This document shows, one piece after another, positions 1 to 12,355 of a stretch of DNA of 64,000 nucleotides (within the stretch, counting starts at the first letter, position 1; each line of letters begins with the position of its first letter). The translations under genes and the position numbers were made by a program. The DNA lies in the NCBI RefSeq assembly GCF_001194135.2, contig NC_068985.1, forward strand, positions 123,743,486 through 123,807,485. The letters run 5' to 3'. The DNA comes from Octopus bimaculoides (lineage: Eukaryota). The notes beneath the pieces were generated by a model, which was given only the letters and a program-made list of their open reading frames with translations, ran no database searches and was not told the origin of the DNA.

Positions 1-64
<64 letters not shown>

Positions 65-66
65 GT
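1..66. repeat. (TAT)n microsatellite
   Basis: Direct reading. Confidence 0.95.
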
Positions 67-74
67 TATTGCTA

Positions 75-485
75 AGAGGGCTGTGAATAGGTGGAATCGT
101 TCGCGGCAAAATGCTTGACGGCATTTTTTCTAGTTCTTTACGTTCTGAGATTAAATTCTGCTGAGGTTGACTTTGCTCTTCATTCTTTAGGATTCAGTAA
201 AATAAGGACCAGTTAAGTACTGTGACTGATATAATCGACTTACCCCTGCCAACAGATTTGCCAGCCTTGTGCCAAATTATTAAGACGGCGAGCCAGTAGA
301 ATTATCAGCGCTCTAGGCAAAATATCAGGCAGCGTTTCTTCTGGTTTCCGTTCTAAGTTCAAATTTCTCTGATACCAACTTTGCCTTACACCCTTTAGGG
401 GTAGATAAAATAAGTACCAGTCGAGCTCTGGAATCGGTACAGTCGACTAGCTCCCTTCCTCAAGATTTCAGGCCTTGTACGTATA
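75..485 (+). mobile_element. Two tandem diverged copies of tRNA-related SINE family A
   Basis: Both halves show the family motifs ttctgag-ttcaaatt, gtcgactttgcc, gataaaataagtaccagt and the ggccttgtg tail, as in cleaner copies at 21510 and 41675. Confidence 0.8.
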
Positions 486-1067
486 GATTGGATTGACTTA
501 TGACGTACTGAATTGACTTATGACGAATGTTTGATAGAAAACATCTGTTAATTTAATCACGAAGCTTCCATTAATTGCATTTAGGTCTCGTAGAATTAAT
601 AATAGTTTTTACTTTTTCTCTTTTGCGAGAACATGATACGTGTAAAGTGCCAATCATCTCAACCAACCAGAGAGTTATTAGTAACGAAGTATTATACGAA
701 ATTTTTGTAGGAATTAAAAAAAAAAAATCATTTACAAAAATAATGAATACCAATTTTGAGAATAAATATTAATTTCATGATTAAATATTAATATCCAGTT
801 CTTAATACGTAACAAAAGAGAAAAAATGGCAATTGAGAGAGAGTTAATTGGTTACTTTACTGTCGCTAGCCGTGATCGACTTTACTTTTTATCCTTAAAA
901 CATTAACAACTATAGGATCCAGTTTCATTGAACGTATTCATTCCACCCAGTTTGCGGTTTCATACCTATCTAAAAAATCGCCCTTAATAATTGAAACAGT
1001 ATTTAACCTGGTTTATGTTCTAAGATAAAACCCACCTGGGCTTTTTCCGCAGCACTTGAATTGATGC

Positions 1068-1070
<3 letters not shown>

Positions 1071-1140
<70 letters not shown>
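1071..1140. repeat. (TA)n microsatellite
   Basis: Direct reading. Confidence 0.95.
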
Positions 1141-1141
<1 letters not shown>

Positions 1142-1147
1142 CGTTTA

Positions 1148-1572
1148 CTTGTTTCGGTTATTAAACTGCGGCCATGATGGGACACCGCATTGAATTTTTA
1201 GTCGAATGAATAGACCCCAGTATTTCTTTTTAAGCCTCGTATTTATTCTATCGGTTTCTTTTGCCTGCCGAACCGTTAAGCTACGGGGATGCAAGCACAT
1301 CAATACCACTAGTAGTCAAGCGGTATGTGTGTGTGTGCGTGGGACGGACAAACACAGACAGAAAGATTCACGAGCACACACGCACACGTACACGACGTGC
1401 TTCTTACAGTTTCCATTTCTTCTTTCAGTTTCAGTTACCAAATCCCCTCACAAAGCTTTGATCGGCCCGAAGCTTACCGTAGAAAGCATTTGCCCAAAGT
1501 GCCACGGAGTGGGACTGAACCCGGGACCATGTGACTGAGAAGCTAGCTTCTTACCACACAGCCACGCCTGAG
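1148..1572 (-). mobile_element. Long tRNA-headed SINE (family B)
   Basis: The reverse complement starts gtggctgtgtggtaagaagctagc...gttcagtcccac (A/B-box-like head). Related pieces at 12190-12355 and 49960-50105. Confidence 0.75.
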
Positions 1573-1953
1573 CCTACATATATATATTTGGGTGTGTGTG
1601 TGTGTGTGTGTGTGAGTGTGTATGCATGTATGTATGTGTGTATGTATGTGCATGTGTGTGTATGTGTGTGTGTGTGTGAGTGTGTGTGAGTGAGTGTGTG
1701 AGTATTAGATATAATTGTATTATTTAATGCTAAAAATAGTAGAATGCCGTGCAGAATACATTGTAAATCCCTCCCATTGTCAAATTAAGCTTTCACCTCC
1801 TTCAAACTCTCTAAATGAATACCAGTCATAAACTAGTGTGAATTTAATCGGTTTTAATAGCCGCATTACAAAGTTGAACCTTCTGATTATGTAAGAGGGT
1901 TTTAATCTACTTTCTACTGCTGAAGCTGGTGCTGATGGTGCTGTTGCTGTCGG

Positions 1954-2019
<66 letters not shown>
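1954..2019. repeat. (ACT)n microsatellite
   Basis: Direct reading. Confidence 0.95.
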
Positions 2020-2495
2020 AGGCAATTATACTGAAGGTCATTGTACAAAAATTCAATCGCTGCAATTAACTCATTTTTTTCACTCAATGTCTATATATAT
2101 ATATATATATATAATAATAATAATATATATAATATATATAATAATAATAATATTAGGGACAAAATAATAATAATATATATAATAATAATAATATTAGGGA
2201 CAAAATCCAAGATATATATATAGATATATATATACACATAATGTTCACACACATATACATACATATATACATGCATACCAGGCACTTGCCATCAATAATT
2301 ACTTAGGGTAGCCAGTTGGTGACGTTTATGTAGTAAAACACGCAAAAATATACGCGTAACACAGGCGCGTGACTGAGTTGGAGGCAGAATTACTTCTGAC
2401 TTTATTAGGGCGTAAAGAAAACATTGTTGTAGGAATGGACGCAGCACGTATACTACAGCAGTACTCTATGTAGTTTTAATACTGAAATTGAAAGG

Positions 2496-2685
2496 CAGGG
2501 GCGAACTATGCCTACTTAATCTACAAAAAATAAGATATTTTGCATTTTATGAATAGTAATCAGAGTAGCCGTAATAATTTTTTTGAATTAGGTGCATATT
2601 TTGCCATAATAGGAAAATGTTACTATCGATCTATTTTATCAGAGTAGCCATTGCCTACCTTGCCTACCCAGGCGGCACGTCCCCG
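2496..2685. mobile_element. Possible non-autonomous DNA transposon (hAT-like MITE) relic
   Basis: Ends caggggcg... and ...cgtccccg form an imperfect inverted pair, with internal gcctac repeats. No TSD visible. Confidence 0.25.
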
Positions 2686-3211
2686 ATACATACATACAAA
2701 CACCCATTCATCCATCCATCCATCCATCCATCCATACATACATACATGCATACATACATGCGTATAAGTGTGCACGTGCTTGTGTGTGTGTTCTTATTGA
2801 CTTGTTGCTGTAATATGGTTGTTAACAAAAATTCTTCCTTCTAATAATTATTAATGACATGATCTAATGCACCGTGTGTTGTCAAGGTAACATGGACCAA
2901 GTCAAAACGACGAAAATGACTATAAAAAGAAAGAGGAAACCAACGAGCATTAAAACGCCAAATACGATTTCTTCTTTATCTCATCGGTCGGGCAAAAATG
3001 GAAAAATGGAAAATAAAACAAACTACTTGTGTGTTGTGGTATTCAAGTTGAAGCAAAGCAGATGTTTTTTTTTCATACATTGTCGAAGTTTTATATAGTT
3101 TGAATAATTTATCAATTTGTTTAGTGGATGCGTTTGTGTGTGGTATTTTTAAATTTTGGTATTAACTTGTTTATTAATTTTTGTATATCTATTTATCGTT
3201 TATATATATAT

Positions 3212-3419
3212 NNNNNNNNNNNNNNNNNNNNNNNNNNNNNNNNNNNNNNNNNNNNNNNNNNNNNNNNNNNNNNNNNNNNNNNNNNNNNNNNNNNNNNNNN
3301 NNNNNNNNNNNNNNNNNNNNNNNNNNNNNNNNNNNNNNNNNNNNNNNNNNNNNNNNNNNNNNNNNNNNNNNNNNNNNNNNNNNNNNNNNNNNNNNNNNNN
3401 NNNNNNNNNNNNNNNNNNN
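3212..3419. other. Assembly gap. Other gaps: 22903-22912, 29366-29602, 32397-32406, 34381-34943, 36964-37722, 39277-39805, 49043-49052, 50148-50167, 55190-55464, 56597-56641, 63735-63744
   Basis: N runs, most of them flanked by microsatellites. Confidence 0.99.
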
Positions 3420-3421
3420 GA

Positions 3422-3690
<269 letters not shown>

Positions 3691-4893
3691 TATTGCTATA
3701 AAGGTGAGAGGTAAGAGGTGTTATAGGAGTTGGTTACAAGTAGAGGCGGGGGAGTGACTCAGAAATTGAAAACTAATAACAATAATATGATAACACTTAA
3801 TTCGAATATTAATAATTCGAATACCAGTAATCAAAATAATCACGCCAAGAGGCTAATTAAAAATATAACAAATCTCTTTACACCATCATTATCACTGTTT
3901 ATTACCATTAGCAACAACAACAACAACAACAAAATTAGCAGCAATATCAACAATAACAACTCTAACAGCATCCATTTGAAATATTCCATATGAAGCTGAT
4001 CAATAAATAACACAGAAAACTTAATATAGGACAAGGGCTCGCAAGCAGATGTTTTACAAGTCTATGGGATAAGATCGTAATAGTATTTCCCTTATTTTCT
4101 TTACTCTTTGCTCGTTTTTGTTTTAATTGTTATGTATGTGATGTTTCTTTGTGTTTGTGTGTGTTTGTGTTTGTGTGTGTGTGTGTGTGTGCCTGTGAGT
4201 TTCTGTGAATGAGTTTATATGCATATTATGCTTCTTTTTGTTGCTTGTTTATGTTGTGTGCATACGTATTTCTATGTGTGCCTCTGTACGTACCTCTATG
4301 CGATTCTTGAGTTTGTGGGCATGTGTTTGTGTGTGTGTGTGTGTGTGTGTCTGTTGCTTATTTATGTGAATATTTGTTGATGTGATGTATCTACGTGTGC
4401 ATCTATGTGTTTGTACTTTTTGTCTGTGTTTATGTGAGTGGGTGTATGTTTAAATTGAATTCCTAATAGGACGGATTTATAATTGCCTATTATTGTGTCA
4501 GAAATTTAAATAATATTTAAATTGAAATCTGTTGCCAACATTATATTGTCAGAAAACTAGTGTTCTTTTGTTGTTTTATGATACTGTTTAGTTGCTTATC
4601 TATTTACGTACTTTACTTTCATTTGTTATTAAGCTATAAATAATAACAATTTTTCTTTGAACCGATTAAACCAGTTGCTGATGTATTTTAATTATTTGAG
4701 TTTGATATGATTTGTTAATTTTGTAAGATATTCGATTAAACTTCTTACCTTAGTTTAATTTTTCATATTAAACTATTTGCTTGCTTTATAAAATTCATTA
4801 AAAGTTAGAAGTAAGCTTTAATGGAACGAAGTGGTTTCAGTTTTTATATCATCCGTGCCATTAATACGAATTTTCTCCATTCCTCTACAAAAG

Positions 4894-5050
4894 ATGTTGC
4901 ACCTACTTTTCTTTGGCTGTTCAGGAATTACGTAAGTCATAATTAAATGCAGAAAATTTTAAAATAAGAGACTGAACCCAGACTGACGTATATAAACACT
5001 TCTAGGTAAATAGCTCTGGAGAAGGTGATGTACGACAACCAGCCATCAGA
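4894..5050 (+). CDS. Candidate pair of small exons (4894-4931, 5006-5050) encoding xVAPTFLWLFRNY-VNSSGEGDVRQPAIR
   Basis: Both donors are GTAAGT. The 74-nt intron has a CTGAC branch-like site and a ttctag acceptor, and the phases are compatible. No homology recognised. Confidence 0.25.
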
Positions 5051-7199
5051 GTAAGTCTTCGTATCCGATCCTTGGATATCACTTGTGCTCGAAGTCAAGA
5101 TATTTTGTTCTCAACCTAAAGCATAACTTAACAGTAAATAGTTCGGTACTGTTAGCAGCGGCAGCACTGTAAATTTGACGATTGTTTTGTCAATTTTCTA
5201 GTGTGAATTTATATGGATGAAGAGAAGACAATGGGAAACATCTCCAGTGTAATTCATTTCTTGCATGCTGCGTCTTTAAATAGATTTCTAGTAAACCAAT
5301 AAATTTACAGGGCTAGTCATATCGCTGCCCACTGGTTTTATAAGTATTTTGTTTCAGTGGCCTTTACCAACCATTTGCATTTTATTTCTTGATAACTCAT
5401 GCACTCCTAGAATAAGAAATACGATTGTGAGTTGGAGTGAAACAATGCGTGCAAACGGGAATCACAATTACGTCTACTTTTCGGTGGAATCATTCCACAA
5501 GCAGGAAGTGTTTGCACAAAGAACTTTCAATAAGCCCTTTCAAAGCAAAGCATAATAAATAGAAGCTCAAGCATTTCTATCAACTTCAGCCCTGAGATCT
5601 CTGGCGAAATTTAAAAAACTTGGTGTATCAGACATCTTGAATTTAGTATTGTCATAAATACATAAACACATTGTAACGACTAAACAATTTCTAAATATTA
5701 TGTCAACACTATATGGAACACAATGGAAATCTATACTATTTGAATGCTCCCGATTATTACAACTTTCTATCAATCAAAGTCTTCGTTACATCAGGGTCAG
5801 AAATATAAATCCTCTAAAAATTTACAGATTTGTAATCGAACATGCTTCATAGAGTAGATATTTTAGTAGTTAAGAAGTGGCAGAAATGGATGACCATCGA
5901 ATGAAATGATTTGGGAATTTTATTTGGTTCCTTCATTGCCAAACTTCAAATCTTGTCAAAATTATTTTGCCTTTTAATTCTCCGAAGTCGAATTAGACAT
6001 TACCTGTCTTATACTTGGTCAGATACACTTGCCACAAATCTATGATTCCATGCCAATGTAAGAAATCATAATGTATCGTGTTCTAGTGGTATGTGTCTCA
6101 CACGTGAGTCAAACTCTCGGTGAGACGAACTGGCAATAGATTCAGTCCATCCTTGTAGTAAGTTAATTCTAGCCACACGTTAATATTTTTCAGAAAGGCA
6201 TGAACTCCACGCAGCACCAACTCCCTTAATTTCAGTATAGACATCACCATAGAATAACATTTTACCCTGCAGTATAGATGGAGCAAAAGAAATAATATGG
6301 CCCAACTTAGATGCTTTACATGATCTAATTTGATGTTTTATCCGACAACAAATTCCTTCTGAGTTGGATTAAGTTGTAGAGTACGCGGTGAAAAGCGTTA
6401 CAATAATGTGAATAACTAAGTAAGAGCCTACCCAGTTTCATTGTAGAAGGGATGCTGTACCTAATAAGAAAAATGTATGATAGACAGCGATCCATAAAGA
6501 TAAATCAAGTCTAACTACACTGCTTGTGTGTCTTGATTTGTGTGTATGCATGTGAGCGTATATATAAATATATATATATATGTATATGTATATGTATATA
6601 TATATATATGCATACATATTTACATACATATATATGTATATATATATATATATGTGTATATATATATATATATGTATATGTATATATGTATATATATAAA
6701 CGTATATATGTATATATTTAAATATACATATATACACATACATACATGATATTGATTCTTTTCGTTTTTTCGAATTCATTAACGAGTTATTGAAGACCCA
6801 GTCTTCAAAGGGATAAAAAACCTAGACTACAGTTTCTTTTCACACATTCTCAATGCCCACAGAAGTACCTGATCCTACGTTATTAGCTAATAAACACTGT
6901 TAATCCTAAAATGTTGAACCAAGGGTATCTTCTTAGTTGTGGATGAAAATAAGTAAATAAGTTTCAAATATTTTGATCACACACACAGAAAGCAATGATC
7001 ACGACAAGGTTCCAATCACCGATATCTCAGCCGTCTATATGTCATTGCCGACGCAACCGGAGTGAAAAACTATAATCGAGAATAGAAACCAGATGGGGTA
7101 TTTTCCGTGCTGAGGGCTTACATTCAGCTCTAGAGCCATTACTTGACTTGTGTAATAGTCTTGTAGTCTTGGTTACATAGCATTGTTTTAACGTAGCCT

Positions 7200-7500
7200 C
7201 CATGACACGGTGACAGCCAATTGAAATCTAGAACTAGTCAGACGTGGCAACCCCGCGCCCCAGCATTCCTGCAAAAAACAACCTTATCTGAAGATAGACG
7301 AAGCGCATTAGCTTCGTTTGAACTTAGTTATATAACCAGCGATTTAACCACCCAAGTGTTGTTTTCATTGCGGGGTAATAAGATCTACGACTCAAATTTA
7401 CAAATCAATATAGTTAACCCACGTTTGATTCCCCATTTGAATGATGACAGCTAAGTGGATCAGGTAGGTGTAATTGGTGCATCGAGTAGGTCACGTGACA
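7200..7500. promoter_or_regulatory. CpG-containing segment with CCAAT (7218), a G-box-like ACGTGG and the palindromic E-box GTCACGTGAC (7490-7499)
   Basis: Motif reading only. GTCACGTGAC is the CLEAR/MiT-TFE consensus. Confidence 0.25.
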
Positions 7501-7582
7501 ATAAAGAGGATCTCTTACTGGGTCGTTTCAGTTTTATATGAAAGTGATAGTGGGGAATGTAGTGATTTGGTTTTGCTACGTG

Positions 7583-7631
<49 letters not shown>

Positions 7632-7677
7632 AAACGAAATGACCGACTGGTTAAAATATCAGTCTGACTGCTTGTAG

Positions 7678-7818
7678 TTATGTGGATTCATATTCATGAT
7701 AGGCGTTTTGTTCTTATTTTTCGTTTTCTATAAAACTGGTGACCCCCATTTCGAAGATGGTAGAGAGATTATCGTAGAAGATTTGGTTGCTCCTTTGAGC
7801 GAGTCGAAAGTCGATTAA
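7678..7818 (+). CDS. Candidate terminal exon of a membrane protein: LCGFIFMIGVLFLFFVFYKTGDPHFEDGREIIVEDLVAPLSESKVD*
   Basis: Acceptor ctgactgcttgtag, then 46 open codons: an 18-aa hydrophobic helix, Lys, an acidic tail and TAA. It is absent from the ORF track because it is under 60 aa. Confidence 0.35.
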   Translation, partial: LCGFIFMIGVLFLFFVFYKTGDPHFEDGREIIVEDLVAPLSESKVD

Positions 7819-7869
7819 GAATCTTACTGACTGGTTCGCCGCTTCACATCTTCATATGTATTGAGCGCC

Positions 7870-8098
7870 GTCCGTGTATGTATGTACGCGTGCGTATGTG
7901 TGTGTTTCTGTGTGTGTGTATATGTGTGTGTGTGTGCGTGTGCGTACGTGTGCGTGTATGTTTGTGCGTGTGTATGCGCGCGCATGTGTATGTGTGTGTG
8001 TGTTTGTGTGCGCATGTATGAGCGTGTGCGTGTGTGTGTGTGCGCATGTGTGCGTGTGTGAGTGTGTGCGTATGTGTGTGTGTGTGTATGTGTGTGTG
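7870..8098. repeat. Degenerate (GT)n/(GC) microsatellite
   Basis: Direct reading. Confidence 0.9.
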
Positions 8099-8223
8099 TT
8101 ATTTCTTTACTACCCACAAGGGGCTACACACAGAGGGGACAAACAAAGACAGACAAACGGATTAAGTCGATTATATCGACCCCAGTGCGTAACTGGTACT
8201 TATTTAATCGACCCCGAAAGGAT
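8099..8223 (-). mobile_element. SINE A variant (3' part) with extended tail
   Basis: Near-identical to copies at 56205-56380 and 56390-56596. Confidence 0.85.
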
Positions 8224-8382
8224 GACACAAATGTCGTCGGAGTCGACTTTGCCTTTCGTCATTTCGCGGTCGATGAAATAAATACCAGCTGAGTACTAGG
8301 GTCGTTGAAATTGACTTATCACACACCCCGAAATTGCTGGCTTTGTGTCAAAATTTGAAACCAATATATAGAATGACAGATA
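8224..8382 (+). repeat. 159-bp SINE A fragment duplicated exactly at 9571-9729
   Basis: Base-by-base comparison gives identity. Confidence 0.9.
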
Positions 8383-8947
8383 AACTGCAAGAGGAAATGT
8401 GTGTGTGTGTGTGTGTGTGTGTGTGCCTGTGACTAAGAGAAATATGGATATGTGAATGGAAAATGAAGAGATCAGTGTTAGCAGTTGTAATAGTAGAGTC
8501 CGTCCTGTTCGTTGCTACACGCAGACAGTTCCCAGTCTTCCCAGTGCTGCAGTGATGAGAAACTGCTCTAGTGCTGCATTAGTCCTTTTTTATTCGATGC
8601 AGTTGCAGAAGGTGTCACATCAACACCATTGGAAGGAAGGAAACGCTCAACTGATACGCATGCGTAGATGGAAACTGGTCTACATAGAGATACTATATAT
8701 ATATGATATACATATATATATATGATATACATATTCACATTCCAGTCTCTCTCTCTCTCTCACTCTCTCTTTCTGTCTCTCCCACCTTTTCTGTATGTGT
8801 GTGCATGCAAATGTATGTGTGTCTACTTATGTGTACGCTGATATGAAAATATTATAAAATAAAGTGTGCTGAGAGAGGATGAGACAAGACTCGTAAAGGA
8901 CTAGATGGAGAAAGATAAAAAAGAAAAAAACGAAGCATTCCGAAAGA

Positions 8948-9000
<53 letters not shown>

Positions 9001-9099
9001 AAAGAGAGAGAAAAAGGGAGAGATGTAATGCGAAGTAGAACTTGCTATCAGCAGAATATTAATGGAGCAATACAGTCTCACCAAAGTAATAAACTGACG

Positions 9100-9520
9100 G
9101 ACAGATACACACACATGCATACATACATAAATACACACATGCATACTTACATACATACGTATAGACATACATACATACGTACGTACGGACATACATATAT
9201 ATACATATATGCATGCATACATACTTTATACATGCATGTATGCGTATATATTTGCATTCCTACATACCTACATACATACTTACATATATATCTAGCTAAT
9301 TCGATTGATAGCTGAAAATAGATCGAACTCTATTGCAGATCGGATTGTGTAATATACATACATACATACATACATTCATACATACATGCATGCATACTAT
9401 CATACATACATTCATATAAAATATATACATACATGCATGCATCCATGCATACATACATACATACATACATACATACATACATACATACATACATACATGC
9501 ATACATACATTATATATAAT
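9100..9520. repeat. (CATA)n-rich microsatellite block; also (GA)n 8945-8997 and (GATA)n 10017-10080
   Basis: Direct reading. Confidence 0.9.
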
Positions 9521-10017
9521 ACATGTACGAAATGGTAAATGACACTTGATACATTTTAAATATACGAAACGACACAAATGTCGTCGGAGTCGACTTTGCC
9601 TTTCGTCATTTCGCGGTCGATGAAATAAATACCAGCTGAGTACTAGGGTCGTTGAAATTGACTTATCACACACCCCGAAATTGCTGGCTTTGTGTCAAAA
9701 TTTGAAACCAATATATAGAATGACAGATAGTTAGAAAAGTAGATAGATAGGTCACCAGACAGGCAGATAGGTAGACAGATGGACAGACAGATAGACTGAC
9801 AGAGGGACAGACAGGCATTTAGACAGACACACAGATATGTATAGACAAACTCCTGGTTTATATTTCTGCATATATACATACATACATGCACACTCACATA
9901 TATATTCAGAACTATCTATTTCAAAGCAGAGCAGACAGATCGATGGGCAAAAGATGATCAGCAGAATTACAGATTGACCTACAGAAATACAGACACATAG
10001 AAAGACAAACATAATTT

Positions 10018-10080
<63 letters not shown>

Positions 10081-10362
10081 GGTCAGACGAATCAGGGGTA
10101 GCAAGCTTGGTAGTGATTCGCTTTTTCGCTTTGCCACCATATATAGTGATGAGAACGCTAGACGGTTCGAATACATAAATCTACGGCTTACTATTCGTTC
10201 AACTAGGATCTTAGGACGCTAAGATATTCTGGGTGTCTTTTATCCAAAGAAATAAACACTGGGGAGAGATCATAAATAAAGAGAGAGAGAGGGAGTGAGT
10301 GAGAGAGAGAAAGATAGAGACACACAGAAAGAAAGAAATAGTGAGTGTGGGTGTGTGTGTGC

Positions 10363-10408
<46 letters not shown>

Positions 10409-10966
10409 AGGAGAGTAAGCAAGAGAGATTAAGTAATAGATGGAGAGATAAATAGATAGAAGAATGACTAGATGAATGTACAAAGAGCAAAGCAGATTGA
10501 TAGACGGATAAACAACCGCACTCGTACACACATGCATATATATACCTTGGGAGCGATAGAGAGACGGGGGTAAAGAAAAATAGATTGATAAAGAATGGGT
10601 GGAAGATAAATAGTGAGTAAGAATGATCGGTAGATATATAACGTAATAGTTACAGTGGCGGAAGGTTGAGTAGATAGATAGAGTTGAAGAGAGAAAAGGA
10701 TGTTAAAGGGATCAACGTAAATAAAGAAATGAAAGACAGGGGGGAAAGGTGAGACGACATGAAGAAAGAGAAAATGATAAGGCGGAGAGAAAAAAGAAAA
10801 AAGACAGACAAAAAAAGAAAGAGCGAGAATGAGAGATGAAGTAAAGGAAAATATTAGAAAAGCAGAAGGCAAAGGAAAATGAAAAAAACGAAACTGATTT
10901 AGAAGAATGAGAGAGGAAAGTAAACGAATGAAAGAGTGTCTAAAAGTGAATGACAGAAGAAGAATG

Positions 10967-11021
<55 letters not shown>

Positions 11022-11119
11022 AGAGAGAAAATCAGACAGACAGCTTATGTAAGGAGTAGAGGAGAAAAATAAAAATAAAAAATAAAAAGAAAGAAGAATC
11101 CTTTAAAGACAGAGAGAGC

Positions 11120-11465
11120 AGTGATAAGAGTGGAGTGCTGAACAAAATTCCTTGTTGCGTCCTTTTACGTTCAGAATTCCAATTTTCTGGGGTTGATAAA
11201 ATAAGTACCAATGAACCCTCTGGACAAAATTTGTGGCTGCGTGCTAATGTTACAATTTATTTTTAGTAGAATTTGTGAAGCAACCGCAGAAATTGGCTAA
11301 AAGTATTTAGTTCTATAATTCTCTGTTCAATGTTCAAATCCCACTGGGACTTTTCATCACTCATGGGGCAATAAAATAAGTAGCAATGCATGCACTATAA
11401 CCAAATGAACTGACTGTGCCACTTACCTGCAGATATGTGGCATTTTGCTAATGTAAGAAATCTTT
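11120..11465 (+). mobile_element. Two tandem degenerate SINE A copies
   Basis: gataaaataagtaccaat and gttcaaatccc motifs with ...tgtgcta/ttgctaatgt tails. Confidence 0.6.
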
Positions 11466-12189
11466 ATTACGATTGAAGACACAAATTCATTGCTCTACAT
11501 TTTCTTTTGAATTGATCTGTACTTTGTAGGAGAGAATAACTGGGATTTATTTTCCAAATGGAAAATTAAGGCAAAGTGAGTGAAAGGTATTAACTCTGTT
11601 TGTATATGTATATTTAAGAAAGTAGAACGAGAGCGATCTAAAGTGTATGTGACAGAGAGCGATAGAGTAAGAGAAAATACAAGTTAGATAGGAGAATGAG
11701 TATGTTTATGTACGAGAAAGGGCAAAAGAGTAAGCCAGAGGAGAGAGAGCGTATGTATGATTGTGTGAGCGATGGTACGCAAGGTGAAAGAGTAAAAAAC
11801 TATTGAATATAGTGAAAAAGGAGGAGAATATTGTTATAGATAGTATTTATAGATGAGGAAAAGAGGAAACAATAAGAGAGAAAAGAAGAATTAACGTTGT
11901 ATAGCGGCCTAAATAGAATATAGAACGAGTCACAAAGGTAGTTGCAGCTGGAGTAAGTTGACAGAGTACATAGAGAAGGATGTATACAGTACGCCGGTTT
12001 GTAATCATTGCACTATATTTCTGATAAAAACATTTGACTCTCAGTAACCTAAATATAAAGAGATACCGTGTTTAGGCAAATGGTCACTGTTCTAAGCAAC
12101 ACCAGTACTGTACAGAATGACGAGTGTGTATTGTTTTGCAATTCTGAGTTCAAATCCCATTATGAGATATTACTTGGAAAGAGACATAA

Positions 12190-12355
12190 TCTTTATCAGA
12201 GACAATTCTTCTGATGGTTTCCACTCAACTCCTGTCTACCAAATTTCATCTACAAGCCTTTGGTCATCTCGAAGCTATGGTATATGACACTTGTCCAAGT
12301 TTCCGCGCAGGGAGATTGCAACCCAAACCATTTCGCTACGAAGCGAACATCATAA
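12190..12355 (-). mobile_element. Degenerate SINE B fragment
   Basis: ctaccaaattt...caagcctttggtc...gacacttgtccaag, similar to 1435-1560. Confidence 0.6.

Noticed and set aside
8465-8557. Short ORF MKRSVLAVVIVESVLFVATRRQFPVFPVLQ resembling a signal peptide
   Set aside because: Only 30 aa, with no splice donor or mature-peptide pattern.
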